Shown piece after piece: positions 20,356 to 28,326 of a stretch of 32,000 nt of DNA. The translations under genes were made by a program, and so were the position numbers. The stretch is taken from positions 4,800,001 through 4,832,000 of the forward strand of contig NZ_CP074694.1 in the NCBI RefSeq assembly GCF_018398935.1, read 5' to 3'. Within the stretch, counting starts at the first letter, position 1. The number at the start of each line of letters is the position of its first letter. The notes under the pieces are model-generated. The model saw only the letters and a list, made by a program, of their open reading frames with translations. It had not been told where the DNA came from and did no database searches. This stretch comes from Telmatocola sphagniphila. GTDB lineage: Bacteria; Planctomycetota; Planctomycetia; Gemmatales; Gemmataceae.

Positions 20356-20746
20356 GGTATCAACGATGCGGGAAGCGTGAGTAATACGACCATACCTTGC
20401 CAACTCCTCTTCTCCCGTTTTTGCAGGCGGCAACTCCCTTAAGCATAGTCTGAAAAGTTCTGACGCGCACCTAGGGTTCGTCTGGATACGGTACGCCTGC
20501 GCTCGAAATATCGTCTCTACGGATGTAGAAACGACCGCTTATCCGTCTACTAACGGTTGTAAGCATTGTGCGGGGGTCAGAAAGTGCGATAAACTTTCCG
20601 ACGCAAGCTTTTATAGGTAAGGAAGTTGTATCAATTCTCCTAGTTTACTTAGGAGGCGACTGGAGAAGGAAGACCGGTCGATTTTAATGCACGGATGCGG
20701 CTCGAACTGATCAGGCCAGTGATCGGCACTGGCGGAGTGCATTCGC

Positions 20747-21970
20747 ATGACGACCGATCTGAACAAGCTCCCGAAGAAAGATCTGACCGATAAGGCCAAG
20801 AAGCTTTCTATCCCCAACGCCGCGACGTTGAGCAAAGAGGACCTGATCAAAGCAATTCTCAAATTATCCAAAAAGAAAGAGAAACCGGCCCCTAAGCCGG
20901 TCGCCACCACGGTGAAAGCCAAAGAGATCCCCCCAGTTAAAGCCGCCAAACCCAGCGTCAACGGCCATCCCTCGAAGACTAAAGCTCCTCCCGCCATTGC
21001 CAACGGACACCCCGTCAAAAAGGTCCAGAAAAGCGCCGCCCGGGAGGGAGAAGTCAGCGCCAGCCACGAAGCCGCCAAGAGCAAGTTCGAAATGGGCGTC
21101 CCGTCCCGCGATCTGGCTTCCCGCATCCAGAAGACGCTGCCCAACGGCTACAGCAAAGACCGCATTGTCGTCATGGTTCGCGACCCTTATTGGCTGCACG
21201 TCTACTGGGAATTGACCCACCAGTCGGTCCAGCGGGCCGAGGCCGCTCTGGGACAGGACTGGCACGGCGCGAAGCCGATTCTGCGTATCTGCGATGTGAC
21301 CGCCCAGGACACCACCAGCACCGCGGAAGCCATCGTCAAAGACATCTACATTCACGGTGGCTGCAACAACTGGTATGTCGAGGTTCCCCAACCTCCCAAA
21401 TCGTACCGGATCGACATCGGTTACATTTCGAAGCGCGGCCAGCTCTATGTACTGGCTCGCTCCAATGTGGTGACTACTCCTAAAGCCGGCAGCAGCGACG
21501 CCGTCGATGAAAACTGGTCCGAACTGGATACCAAGAACGCCGACCGCATTATGAACATGTCGATGGGCGGCAATTTCGACCTGACCGGCAATATGCTGGG
21601 GATGCAGCCGGAACTGAAGACGCTGCTGGAAGAACGGCTCCGCAAGCCGCTTTCTTCGCCGACGCTGTCGAGCTATTCCTCGAGTTCGCACGGCGCTAAG
21701 GATCGCAAATTCTTCTTCTCTCTGGACGCCGAGTTGATCGTTTACGGTCGCACGGAACCCACTGCTCATGTGACGCTACAGGGCGAACCGATCAAGCTGC
21801 GACCGGATGGGACGTTCACCATGCGGTACAGCCTGCCGGACAGCCGGCAGATCATTCCGGCCATCGCCGCCTCTTCAGACGGCGTTGAAGAGCGCACCAT
21901 CGTGCTGGCCGTCGAGCGCAACACCAAGCAGCTCGAACCGCTGATTCATGACGGGAACACGGAACTGTAA
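20747..21970 (+). CDS. DUF4912-type protein with Rho-N/SAP-like N-terminal domain and K/P/A-rich linker
   Basis: The N-terminus LNKLPKKDLTDKAKKLSIPNAATLSKEDLIKAILK has the Rho termination factor N-terminal-like pattern. DRIVVMVRDPYWLHVYWELT is characteristic of DUF4912 as I recall it. Confidence 0.75.
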   Translation: MTTDLNKLPKKDLTDKAKKLSIPNAATLSKEDLIKAILKLSKKKEKPAPKPVATTVKAKEIPPVKAAKPSVNGHPSKTKAPPAIANGHPVKKVQKSAAREGEVSASHEAAKSKFEMGVPSRDLASRIQKTLPNGYSKDRIVVMVRDPYWLHVYWELTHQSVQRAEAALGQDWHGAKPILRICDVTAQDTTSTAEAIVKDIYIHGGCNNWYVEVPQPPKSYRIDIGYISKRGQLYVLARSNVVTTPKAGSSDAVDENWSELDTKNADRIMNMSMGGNFDLTGNMLGMQPELKTLLEERLRKPLSSPTLSSYSSSSHGAKDRKFFFSLDAELIVYGRTEPTAHVTLQGEPIKLRPDGTFTMRYSLPDSRQIIPAIAASSDGVEERTIVLAVERNTKQLEPLIHDGNTEL

Positions 21971-21987
21971 GTCGGATAAAGATTCAA

Positions 21988-22025
21988 AGCCTTCGACTTA
22001 CCAATTTCGAAGGCTCTTGATTTTT
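21988..22025 (+). terminator. intrinsic terminator
   Basis: 9-bp stem agccttcga / tcgaaggct with a 10-nt loop, followed by cttgattttt. Confidence 0.6.
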
Positions 22026-22074
22026 CAGAATACGCAATAATCGAGAGTTACAGTTCTCGACTGATCTTAAATCG

Positions 22075-22106
22075 TTGGTTCTAGTCTTGATTGGTTCTAG
22101 TCTTGA
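22075..22106. repeat. perfect 16-bp tandem duplication TTGGTTCTAGTCTTGA x2
   Basis: Read directly. The second copy contains the stop codon (CTA at 22097-22099) and last codons of the putative nuclease gene. It sits at the left edge of the AT-rich island. Confidence 0.9.
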
Positions 22107-22978
22107 ATTGACATTCGACTAAGATCATCTGCCGAAATCTCTGATGAAGAAACTAGGCGATAATGCTTTTCGTCAACCAACTTAATCTCCCCTTCTATTT
22201 CAGTCAGTTCGAACATCACTATTACTTCGCCCTTGTCATCGATCTTAAATTGAACCGCAACCGGACGAGGAGTTAAGTTGGGGAATTTCTTTTTGCAAAG
22301 TGCAAGATCCTGCTTGATTTGAACGATTCCGATTTTGTCTTTCCCACCTTTGGCCTGCACTGGCACCACAAATTGTTGTCCTGTATTTCTAACTGCGACG
22401 TAGACTTCGTCGGTTTCGATTTGACCCATCAAAGGGACGGTAGTGCGAAGATGATTTTGAAGGGAATAGGCTGTCACCCGCAAAAAAATATCGATCATTC
22501 GGTTGTATCGAACTTTTGCCAACAGAGCCTGTTCGTCGCCTAAAGCATTCGCAATCACTATCTGAGGCGTCGAATCGGGGATTTTAATTTCAGCACGACC
22601 GTCGGTTGGAACTATGAGATTAGGTTTCTGAAGGCTGAAGCGATACTTTCCGTGTCCTGCCAACTCTATGACCCAAGCCAATCCGGAAGGCGCGGCGGAA
22701 ATAATTTCTGGCGGCATCTGAGATCTGAATCGAAAGCTGTAGATAAGATCGCCGATATTCTTCGGAAGTGGAATAGCTAAATTGGTGGCTGCAACTTCGA
22801 TTTCCGAGCGTTCGAACTCGAAAGCTGTCACACCTCTTCTAAAATGTTTTCGAAAAATATCTACCAATATTCCACCGTAACGATTCGGAGATTTAATGGC
22901 TTCAGAAGAGCGTTTTTTGGACACGATTCTGACCTTTCTGCTTCTTGGAACGGTGGGACGGATTCTGCTTGAAATCAA
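22097..22978 (-). CDS. putative type II restriction endonuclease (PD-(D/E)xK-like), function inferred
   Basis: Last gene of the glycosylase-methyltransferase operon. A candidate catalytic pattern is ...QIETDEVYVAV...(13 aa)...VPVQAKGG (D...Q-x-K variant). The start is uncertain because the ORF overlaps the methyltransferase by 77 nt. Confidence 0.5.
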   Translation of the reverse strand: MISSRIRPTVPRSRKVRIVSKKRSSEAIKSPNRYGGILVDIFRKHFRRGVTAFEFERSEIEVAATNLAIPLPKNIGDLIYSFRFRSQMPPEIISAAPSGLAWVIELAGHGKYRFSLQKPNLIVPTDGRAEIKIPDSTPQIVIANALGDEQALLAKVRYNRMIDIFLRVTAYSLQNHLRTTVPLMGQIETDEVYVAVRNTGQQFVVPVQAKGGKDKIGIVQIKQDLALCKKKFPNLTPRPVAVQFKIDDKGEVIVMFELTEIEGEIKLVDEKHYRLVSSSEISADDLSRMSIQD

Positions 22979-24512
22979 TGGCTTCTGGATGCCCTAAAAT
23001 CACGAACTCTCCGATGAAGCTCGATTCTTTGCAAGGTCGAATTGTAAATCCCAGCTTCGAACATGGCTCGAGTATTAACTTCAAATTTCGACTGCGGGCA
23101 ATCTCTTGCAAAAAAGTATCAGCTCGAATCCAAGTTAGCTCTACACCAGTCTCGCGGACTGCCCTAAGGACATCTTCGAATGAAAATTTAGCGTTCGAGA
23201 GCTCTCTCTTCTCCACGTCGTAGCGATCGTCGATTAATTTTCGAATCACGGGCGGAAAATGGACTCGATGAGGAATCCTTTTCAGGGTTCGCGGTCGTTC
23301 CATAGGAAGGTCGAATGAGTCTTTTAGAATTAAAGGCGCTTTTGGCTTAATTGGTTTTTTACCTATTGCTCGAATCACTCTCAAACCCAAAGCTTTGGCT
23401 AGTGGTGGGCATACAGCATTCCCTATCTGACGATATGCGTGCCACTTTAATGGATAAAAAGCGAACCAATCCGGGAATCCATGTAACCTTGCAGCCTCTC
23501 TGGCTGTGATACATCGCGGTTTAAATGGATGAATAGGTCTCGGCGAAGTATACGAACCGTGCGATGAATCCGACCCAGCACGCAAGGTCGGTGCCAGTCC
23601 GTTTGGATCGAGCTTGGGAAGTTTATGACTTGGCACCATTTCACCTACGGGTGTCGATTTGTAGAGCGATATGGCACGGGGGCTATGTCGAACACGCAAA
23701 CAGCCTGAGCAAACTTTCGAATTCCATACGCGCGGATGCGAATAATCATTGGGATCTTCCACAACTGATCGCATGACTTTTGCGTATTGCGTCCTGGGAG
23801 TCTTACTGTATTCGACGTCGTTTTCGACGAATAGCTGATCGTGGGCATCTACATCGGGAAGATCCTCAATCGCCTCCATAACTGAAGAACATTCGGGGGA
23901 TCCCTCCGGAATCATCGTCGGGTAATCTACAGAGAATTCCAAATCTTTTCGCACACCGATCAAAATCAATCGCCGTCGCTTCTGAGGCACTCCGAAATGG
24001 CTCGCATCTAAAATTTTTACCGGGTGCGTGATCTTATAACCTGCAAGTTCTAGGGTTTTTATCGCTTCATCGAGCACTACACGAGTGCTCCCCGAGAGCA
24101 TACCAGGTACGTTCTCCATAACGAATGCTTTGGGGCGAACTTCACACACTACTCTTACGTATTCTGAAACCAACGAATTTCTGGGATCCATCGCATCTCG
24201 TAGACCCATATTGCTGAAGCCCTGACAGGGTGGACCTCCAACGATGACATCTACGTCTTGAGTTTCGAGAGCTTCGAAAATTTCTTTCGCAGTGAGGTCA
24301 GAGACTGATTTGCAAATCGTTTTTCCATAAGGAAAATTCCGTTCGTGAGTCGCTACGTGATAACCATCCATCTCAACGCCAAGAGCAATATCGAATCCCG
24401 CCTGCTCGAATCCAACCGACATTCCACCCGCGCCGCAGAATAAATCGACGGCAATCGGTCGCCTTCGGGAATTTTTACCTTCGCCGGACACTCGAGTGCT
24501 CCTTTGCTTCAT
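22902..24512 (-). CDS. DNA (cytosine-5)-methyltransferase with about 150-aa C-terminal extension
   Basis: Motif I DLFCGAGGMSVGF, motif IV GGPPCQGFS, motif VI FVMENVPGM, motif VIII GVPQKRRRL and motif X QIGNAVCPPLA. ATG 24512 is preferred; the track ORF starts further upstream at 24611. Confidence 0.9.
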   Translation of the reverse strand: MKQRSTRVSGEGKNSRRRPIAVDLFCGAGGMSVGFEQAGFDIALGVEMDGYHVATHERNFPYGKTICKSVSDLTAKEIFEALETQDVDVIVGGPPCQGFSNMGLRDAMDPRNSLVSEYVRVVCEVRPKAFVMENVPGMLSGSTRVVLDEAIKTLELAGYKITHPVKILDASHFGVPQKRRRLILIGVRKDLEFSVDYPTMIPEGSPECSSVMEAIEDLPDVDAHDQLFVENDVEYSKTPRTQYAKVMRSVVEDPNDYSHPRVWNSKVCSGCLRVRHSPRAISLYKSTPVGEMVPSHKLPKLDPNGLAPTLRAGSDSSHGSYTSPRPIHPFKPRCITAREAARLHGFPDWFAFYPLKWHAYRQIGNAVCPPLAKALGLRVIRAIGKKPIKPKAPLILKDSFDLPMERPRTLKRIPHRVHFPPVIRKLIDDRYDVEKRELSNAKFSFEDVLRAVRETGVELTWIRADTFLQEIARSRNLKLILEPCSKLGFTIRPCKESSFIGEFVILGHPEAIDFKQNPSHRSKKQKGQNRVQKTLF

Positions 24513-25218
24513 GTTCTTTACCGAACCGGCACATGGTTCTGATCTTGCAGTGATTGCATTTAGGATTTCGCGGAAGGCAAACTTTTCTACCGTGCACAAC
24601 CATACCAACATGCAAGACCGTAGACATGCCTTCCGGGACGACCAGTGCCAACTTTCTTTGAGCTTGGTAATGTTTCAAATTGGGTGAAATTATTCCCATA
24701 CGCTCTGCAATTCTTTGGACATTCACGTCCACAGGAAAAGCATCTAGTTTGAAACTGTACATTAAGACGCACAATGCTGATTTTGGCCCCATCCCAGGGA
24801 GTGCAGCAATAGTTGAAAAAGCTATCTCGGGATCCATGCTCCTCAGAATTTTGGCAGGTTTCTTACCGATCGAAATTATTTTTTTTGCCGTCCTTTTTAT
24901 CTGAGTAGCTCGCTTTGTCGCAAGACCACCAGAAACTATGCAATCCTTAATCTCGCTAATCGAGGCTCGAGACAGATCTTCGAGCGTCGAGAATCGATTC
25001 GACAGATTTTTGAATGTTTTACGGTATTGGGCATCTGTAGTTTTAGCCGAAAGTAGTATGTAAAAAATCTCTCGAAGAGGATCCCGGAAATTCCCTAGTC
25101 GCGGCAGACCATATTCTTCGAAAAGCAGTTTACCCACTATTTTTAGCTTCGAGGTCCATACGGATTGATATCGCCTGCACTTGAGTTTCAAAAGCACTTG
25201 CGTCAAATTGCGAGTCAT
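24475..25218 (-). CDS. HhH-GPD DNA glycosylase of the endonuclease III/MutY/Mig family with 4Fe-4S cluster loop
   Basis: LLSAKTTD, HhH motif LPGMGPKSALCVL, VDVNVQRIAERMG (catalytic Asp context) and C-x6-C-x2-C-x5-C (CLPRNPKCNHCKIRTMC). Its 3' end overlaps the methyltransferase start by 38 nt. Confidence 0.85.
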   Translation of the reverse strand: MTRNLTQVLLKLKCRRYQSVWTSKLKIVGKLLFEEYGLPRLGNFRDPLREIFYILLSAKTTDAQYRKTFKNLSNRFSTLEDLSRASISEIKDCIVSGGLATKRATQIKRTAKKIISIGKKPAKILRSMDPEIAFSTIAALPGMGPKSALCVLMYSFKLDAFPVDVNVQRIAERMGIISPNLKHYQAQRKLALVVPEGMSTVLHVGMVVHGRKVCLPRNPKCNHCKIRTMCRFGKEHEAKEHSSVRRR

Positions 25219-25383
25219 CGCCTCATTCTTCTAATCTTCAGCCATCGATCAGGGGCCAAAAACCGACACACGAATTATAAATTACCTTTCGGCGGCTATC
25301 CTAGTCCCAAAATAACGCAAACCCAAGCTAGTATACATATTTTCACTTCAAAAAGAGCTGCAATTATCTGGAAAAATTGTCCA

Positions 25384-25887
25384 CTACTTCTTATCCGACG
25401 TCGTGTTGTCCACCACCACGCGCCAGCCGTCGGCCATATTCATCACCACCAGCGTATATCCCCCGGCCGGCTTGTCGGGCGATTTGCTGAAGGTCAGCGC
25501 CCAGCGGCCGGTCACGAACGCCAGATTCTCCGAAACATAAGTCACTTCAATATCGCTGAAACGAAGTTTCCCCATCTCTTTCCCGTCGGCCTTGTAGCGC
25601 TTGCGATAGCGCTCGAGCGTGGCCTCCCAGCCCTGGGTGACCGTGCCATCGGAAATGAATTTCAATTCGGGCGATTTCCAGTAACCGGCCATGTAACCTT
25701 CCAGATCCCCGCGATTCCAGGCGTCGGCCTGAAAATTCATCAGGGAGAGGACATCTTTGCCGAAATCGTTACTGCTTATCTGCGAACTGCTGGAATTGGA
25801 AGAGATTGCGAACAGGGCGACGCTCGCAAAGAGGAAAAACTCGGCAATCCAGAAAGCCCGCTTCGTTTTCAAACTGGAAGTGCACAT
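25384..25887 (-). CDS. secreted NTF2-fold (SnoaL-like/DUF4440-type) protein
   Basis: Signal/TM N-terminus. The pattern WNRGDLEGYMAGYW...GRWALTF...GGYTLVVMNMADGWRVVVDNTTS is typical of DUF4440-like proteins. Confidence 0.7.
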   Translation of the reverse strand: MCTSSLKTKRAFWIAEFFLFASVALFAISSNSSSSQISSNDFGKDVLSLMNFQADAWNRGDLEGYMAGYWKSPELKFISDGTVTQGWEATLERYRKRYKADGKEMGKLRFSDIEVTYVSENLAFVTGRWALTFSKSPDKPAGGYTLVVMNMADGWRVVVDNTTSDKK

Positions 25888-25921
25888 GAAATAACTCCGG
25901 TTTTCTGGTGCAAAAAACGGC

Positions 25922-27205
25922 TTAGCTATTACCCGAGATATCGAACACGAACAGCAACTCGTAATCGCGCAGATAGAGCTTGCCGTTGGAAATCACCGGG
26001 TGAGCCCACACTTTACCCTGGCCCGGCCGCAGTTTGCTGCTCTGGGGAATCTTAAAGCGGCTGATTTCCTCGTACTTCTTCTCGGAAGCCTTCACTAAAG
26101 CCAGCGTACCATCATTTTCCGAATAACAGTAGAGCATACCGGCCGCAGCACTCACCGAACCTTTGCCTACGCCTTGATTCTTCCAAACCGGTTCATCGCC
26201 GCCCGCTTTCATATTAAAGCACAGCCAGCCGCCGTTATCCGAGTGGCCATAAAGGAAGTCGCCCAGCCGAACGACCCCGCCATGATGATTGGCGAAGACC
26301 TTGTTCTTGGTATACACCGTGGTTGCCTTAATGCCTTCGCCGTCTTTTTCGAACTTGAAGCATTCGCAACCGGCCCCGTAACCTGCCGTGAAGAAGGCAT
26401 AATTGTCCTGAAGGACCGGAGTGGGGATCACTGCGATCTTGCGGGCCAAGCTCTTGTCACTCCAGAGCAATTTGCCATCTTTGGCGCGAACGCCGACGGC
26501 CGAGGACATGGTCTGCTGAACGTACTGTTTGATGCCTTCGACTTGGGAAATCACAATCGAAGAATACCCGGCGCCATCCTTAAAATCGGTGCATTTCCAG
26601 ACGGTTTCGCCCGTTTTCTTGTTGAGAGCAATCATGCCCGTGCCCGTGCCGGGGGTGCAAATGAGGTTATCGCCATCCACTAGGACCGATTCGCTGTAGC
26701 CCCATTGCGGGATTTTGCCGCCGAAATCCTTTACCAGGTTTTTGTTCCACTGCACTTCGCCTTTTTCGAGCGAAAGGCAATGCAAATCGCCCTTGGCCCC
26801 CAGCACGTAGAGGAAATCGCCATCGACGGTCGGGGTACCGCGCGGCCCGCCGCCCCACATATCCAGGAATTCGCCTTGGGCGGTTTTCAGTTTGGTCTGC
26901 CATACCTGGGAACCATCTTTGACGTTCAGACAGGTAACGAACTCCTCGGCGTCCTTTTTCGGACCGGTTCCGCCGAGAATGTAGAGGTTATTTTTGACGA
27001 TGACCGGCGTGCCGTAACCGGTGCCCACTTTGCTTTCTTCGGTGATCGACCAGAGCAACTTCGGCCCGTCTTTGGGCCAAACTTCGAGCAATTTGGTGTC
27101 GCTGGAAATACTATCCCGGTTCGGTCCCTGCCATTGGGGCCAGTCACCAGCGCTGGCCAACGATACCGATAGGAGCATGGCCGCCAAAGATTTACGAAAC
27201 CGCAT
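25922..27205 (-). CDS. PQQ-like beta-propeller repeat protein (BamB-like fold)
   Basis: Signal peptide followed by GDWPQWQGPNRDSIS. Repeated blade motifs end ...LYLRDYELLFVFDI. Confidence 0.85.
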   Translation of the reverse strand: MRFRKSLAAMLLSVSLASAGDWPQWQGPNRDSISSDTKLLEVWPKDGPKLLWSITEESKVGTGYGTPVIVKNNLYILGGTGPKKDAEEFVTCLNVKDGSQVWQTKLKTAQGEFLDMWGGGPRGTPTVDGDFLYVLGAKGDLHCLSLEKGEVQWNKNLVKDFGGKIPQWGYSESVLVDGDNLICTPGTGTGMIALNKKTGETVWKCTDFKDGAGYSSIVISQVEGIKQYVQQTMSSAVGVRAKDGKLLWSDKSLARKIAVIPTPVLQDNYAFFTAGYGAGCECFKFEKDGEGIKATTVYTKNKVFANHHGGVVRLGDFLYGHSDNGGWLCFNMKAGGDEPVWKNQGVGKGSVSAAAGMLYCYSENDGTLALVKASEKKYEEISRFKIPQSSKLRPGQGKVWAHPVISNGKLYLRDYELLFVFDISGNS

Positions 27206-27816
27206 TGTGGACCTCAGTCAAGTAGGTGAGAAAGTACCGGTAATAGCCGTCAGACTTTGCAGCGCGTCTGAAATTCCTCGATTGAAGGCATTATGCGGGA
27301 CTTGTCATTCCCAGACAAGCGGAACGCGACGGAGAAGGGGATAATTCTGGGGCGCGGGACAAAGAGAAAAGTGGGAGGAGAATTAATCGCTATCACCAGA
27401 AGATTTAACAATCCAGTAGGTTAAGAGTTCTCTTCCTCTGTCAGCCAGATACCCCCATATGCGTCCAAACCGAATCGCCTCTGCTCTATCGACCTGACGA
27501 AACGGTCCAGCCATGCCCCAAAAGAAGAAAAGATCAGACGTTGCGGTGTACTACCCGTATTACACGAATGGAACACTTGGCCTGTAGCATCGCCCGGCTA
27601 AGGTACTATGTCAGAGAGTATCTTGTCCCGATGCGCATCCATAATCGGTATCCATCTCGGCCGATAGCGAGCATTATTGCGGCCACCCGATTTCAGTATT
27701 CAGATTTATGATCTAAATTTTCGCGATTCGCATCTTTCGGGGCGAAAGGAAGTAATTTTTCCGACTCCGCTTTCGTCAATAAGGCGTAACTGAAACGAAT
27801 TCGTAACGAGGTCGGG

Positions 27817-28326
27817 ATGTTGTCAATCGACTGGGATGTCATTCTCGCTCGACATGGTCAGATGGTGATTCAGGCTGCCATGCGCATCCTGGGTTGCCAA
27901 TCGGATGCCGAAGATGTGGCGCAAGAAGTCTTCATGGAGGCTTTTTCCTCCGCCAAAGTGCCCTCAAGATTACCTATCCGGAATTGGGGAGCTTATCTCC
28001 GGAAACTCGCGGTTTTCCGTGCGATTGATCGACGGCGACAACGTAGCAAAAATTCGACAACCAGTGTGGATAATCTGGCACTCCCAGGTTTCTCGGCCCA
28101 CGATGAGGCCGTGCGACAAGAACTGAAAGAAAATTTGAGAGCGCTAGTCGCCGCCTTACCGGAGCGTGAAGGAGTGGTTTTTGCGCTGCGCTACTTCGAA
28201 CAGCTTTCCAACCCGGAGATAGCGGAAAGCCTTGGCATCAGCGTCGGCGCAGTAGCAGCCGCGATTCATAAGGCCCGCTCGAAGCTCGAATCGACATTAA
28301 CGACTCATACAGAAGGAGATAAATAA
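27817..28326 (+). CDS. ECF-type RNA polymerase sigma factor
   Basis: Region 2 (DAEDVAQEVFMEAF...YLRKLAVFRAIDRRR) and region 4 HTH (LPEREGVVFALRYFEQLSNPEIAESLGISVGAVAAAIHKARSKL). Confidence 0.9.
   Translation: MLSIDWDVILARHGQMVIQAAMRILGCQSDAEDVAQEVFMEAFSSAKVPSRLPIRNWGAYLRKLAVFRAIDRRRQRSKNSTTSVDNLALPGFSAHDEAVRQELKENLRALVAALPEREGVVFALRYFEQLSNPEIAESLGISVGAVAAAIHKARSKLESTLTTHTEGDK

Noticed and set aside
20715-20733. GCCAGTG-atcgg-CACTGGC hairpin as a fourth member of the 30-31 kb CACTGGC-N5-GCCAGTG family
   Set aside because: The same 7-mers appear, but the half-sites are in the opposite order and none of the flanking arm or core sequence is shared. This may be coincidence. It is kept only as part of the leader-structure observation.
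20611-21769. 177-aa and 301-aa minus-strand ORFs overlapping the DUF4912-type gene
   Set aside because: The plus-strand frame has recognisable Rho-N-like and DUF4912-like segments plus a terminator. The antisense frames are R/G/A-rich shadows.
25165-26055. 296-aa plus-strand ORF spanning the island edge, the NTF2-like gene and the propeller gene's 3' end
   Set aside because: It crosses two well-supported minus-strand genes and an intergenic gap, and its translation is low-complexity and His/Arg-rich.
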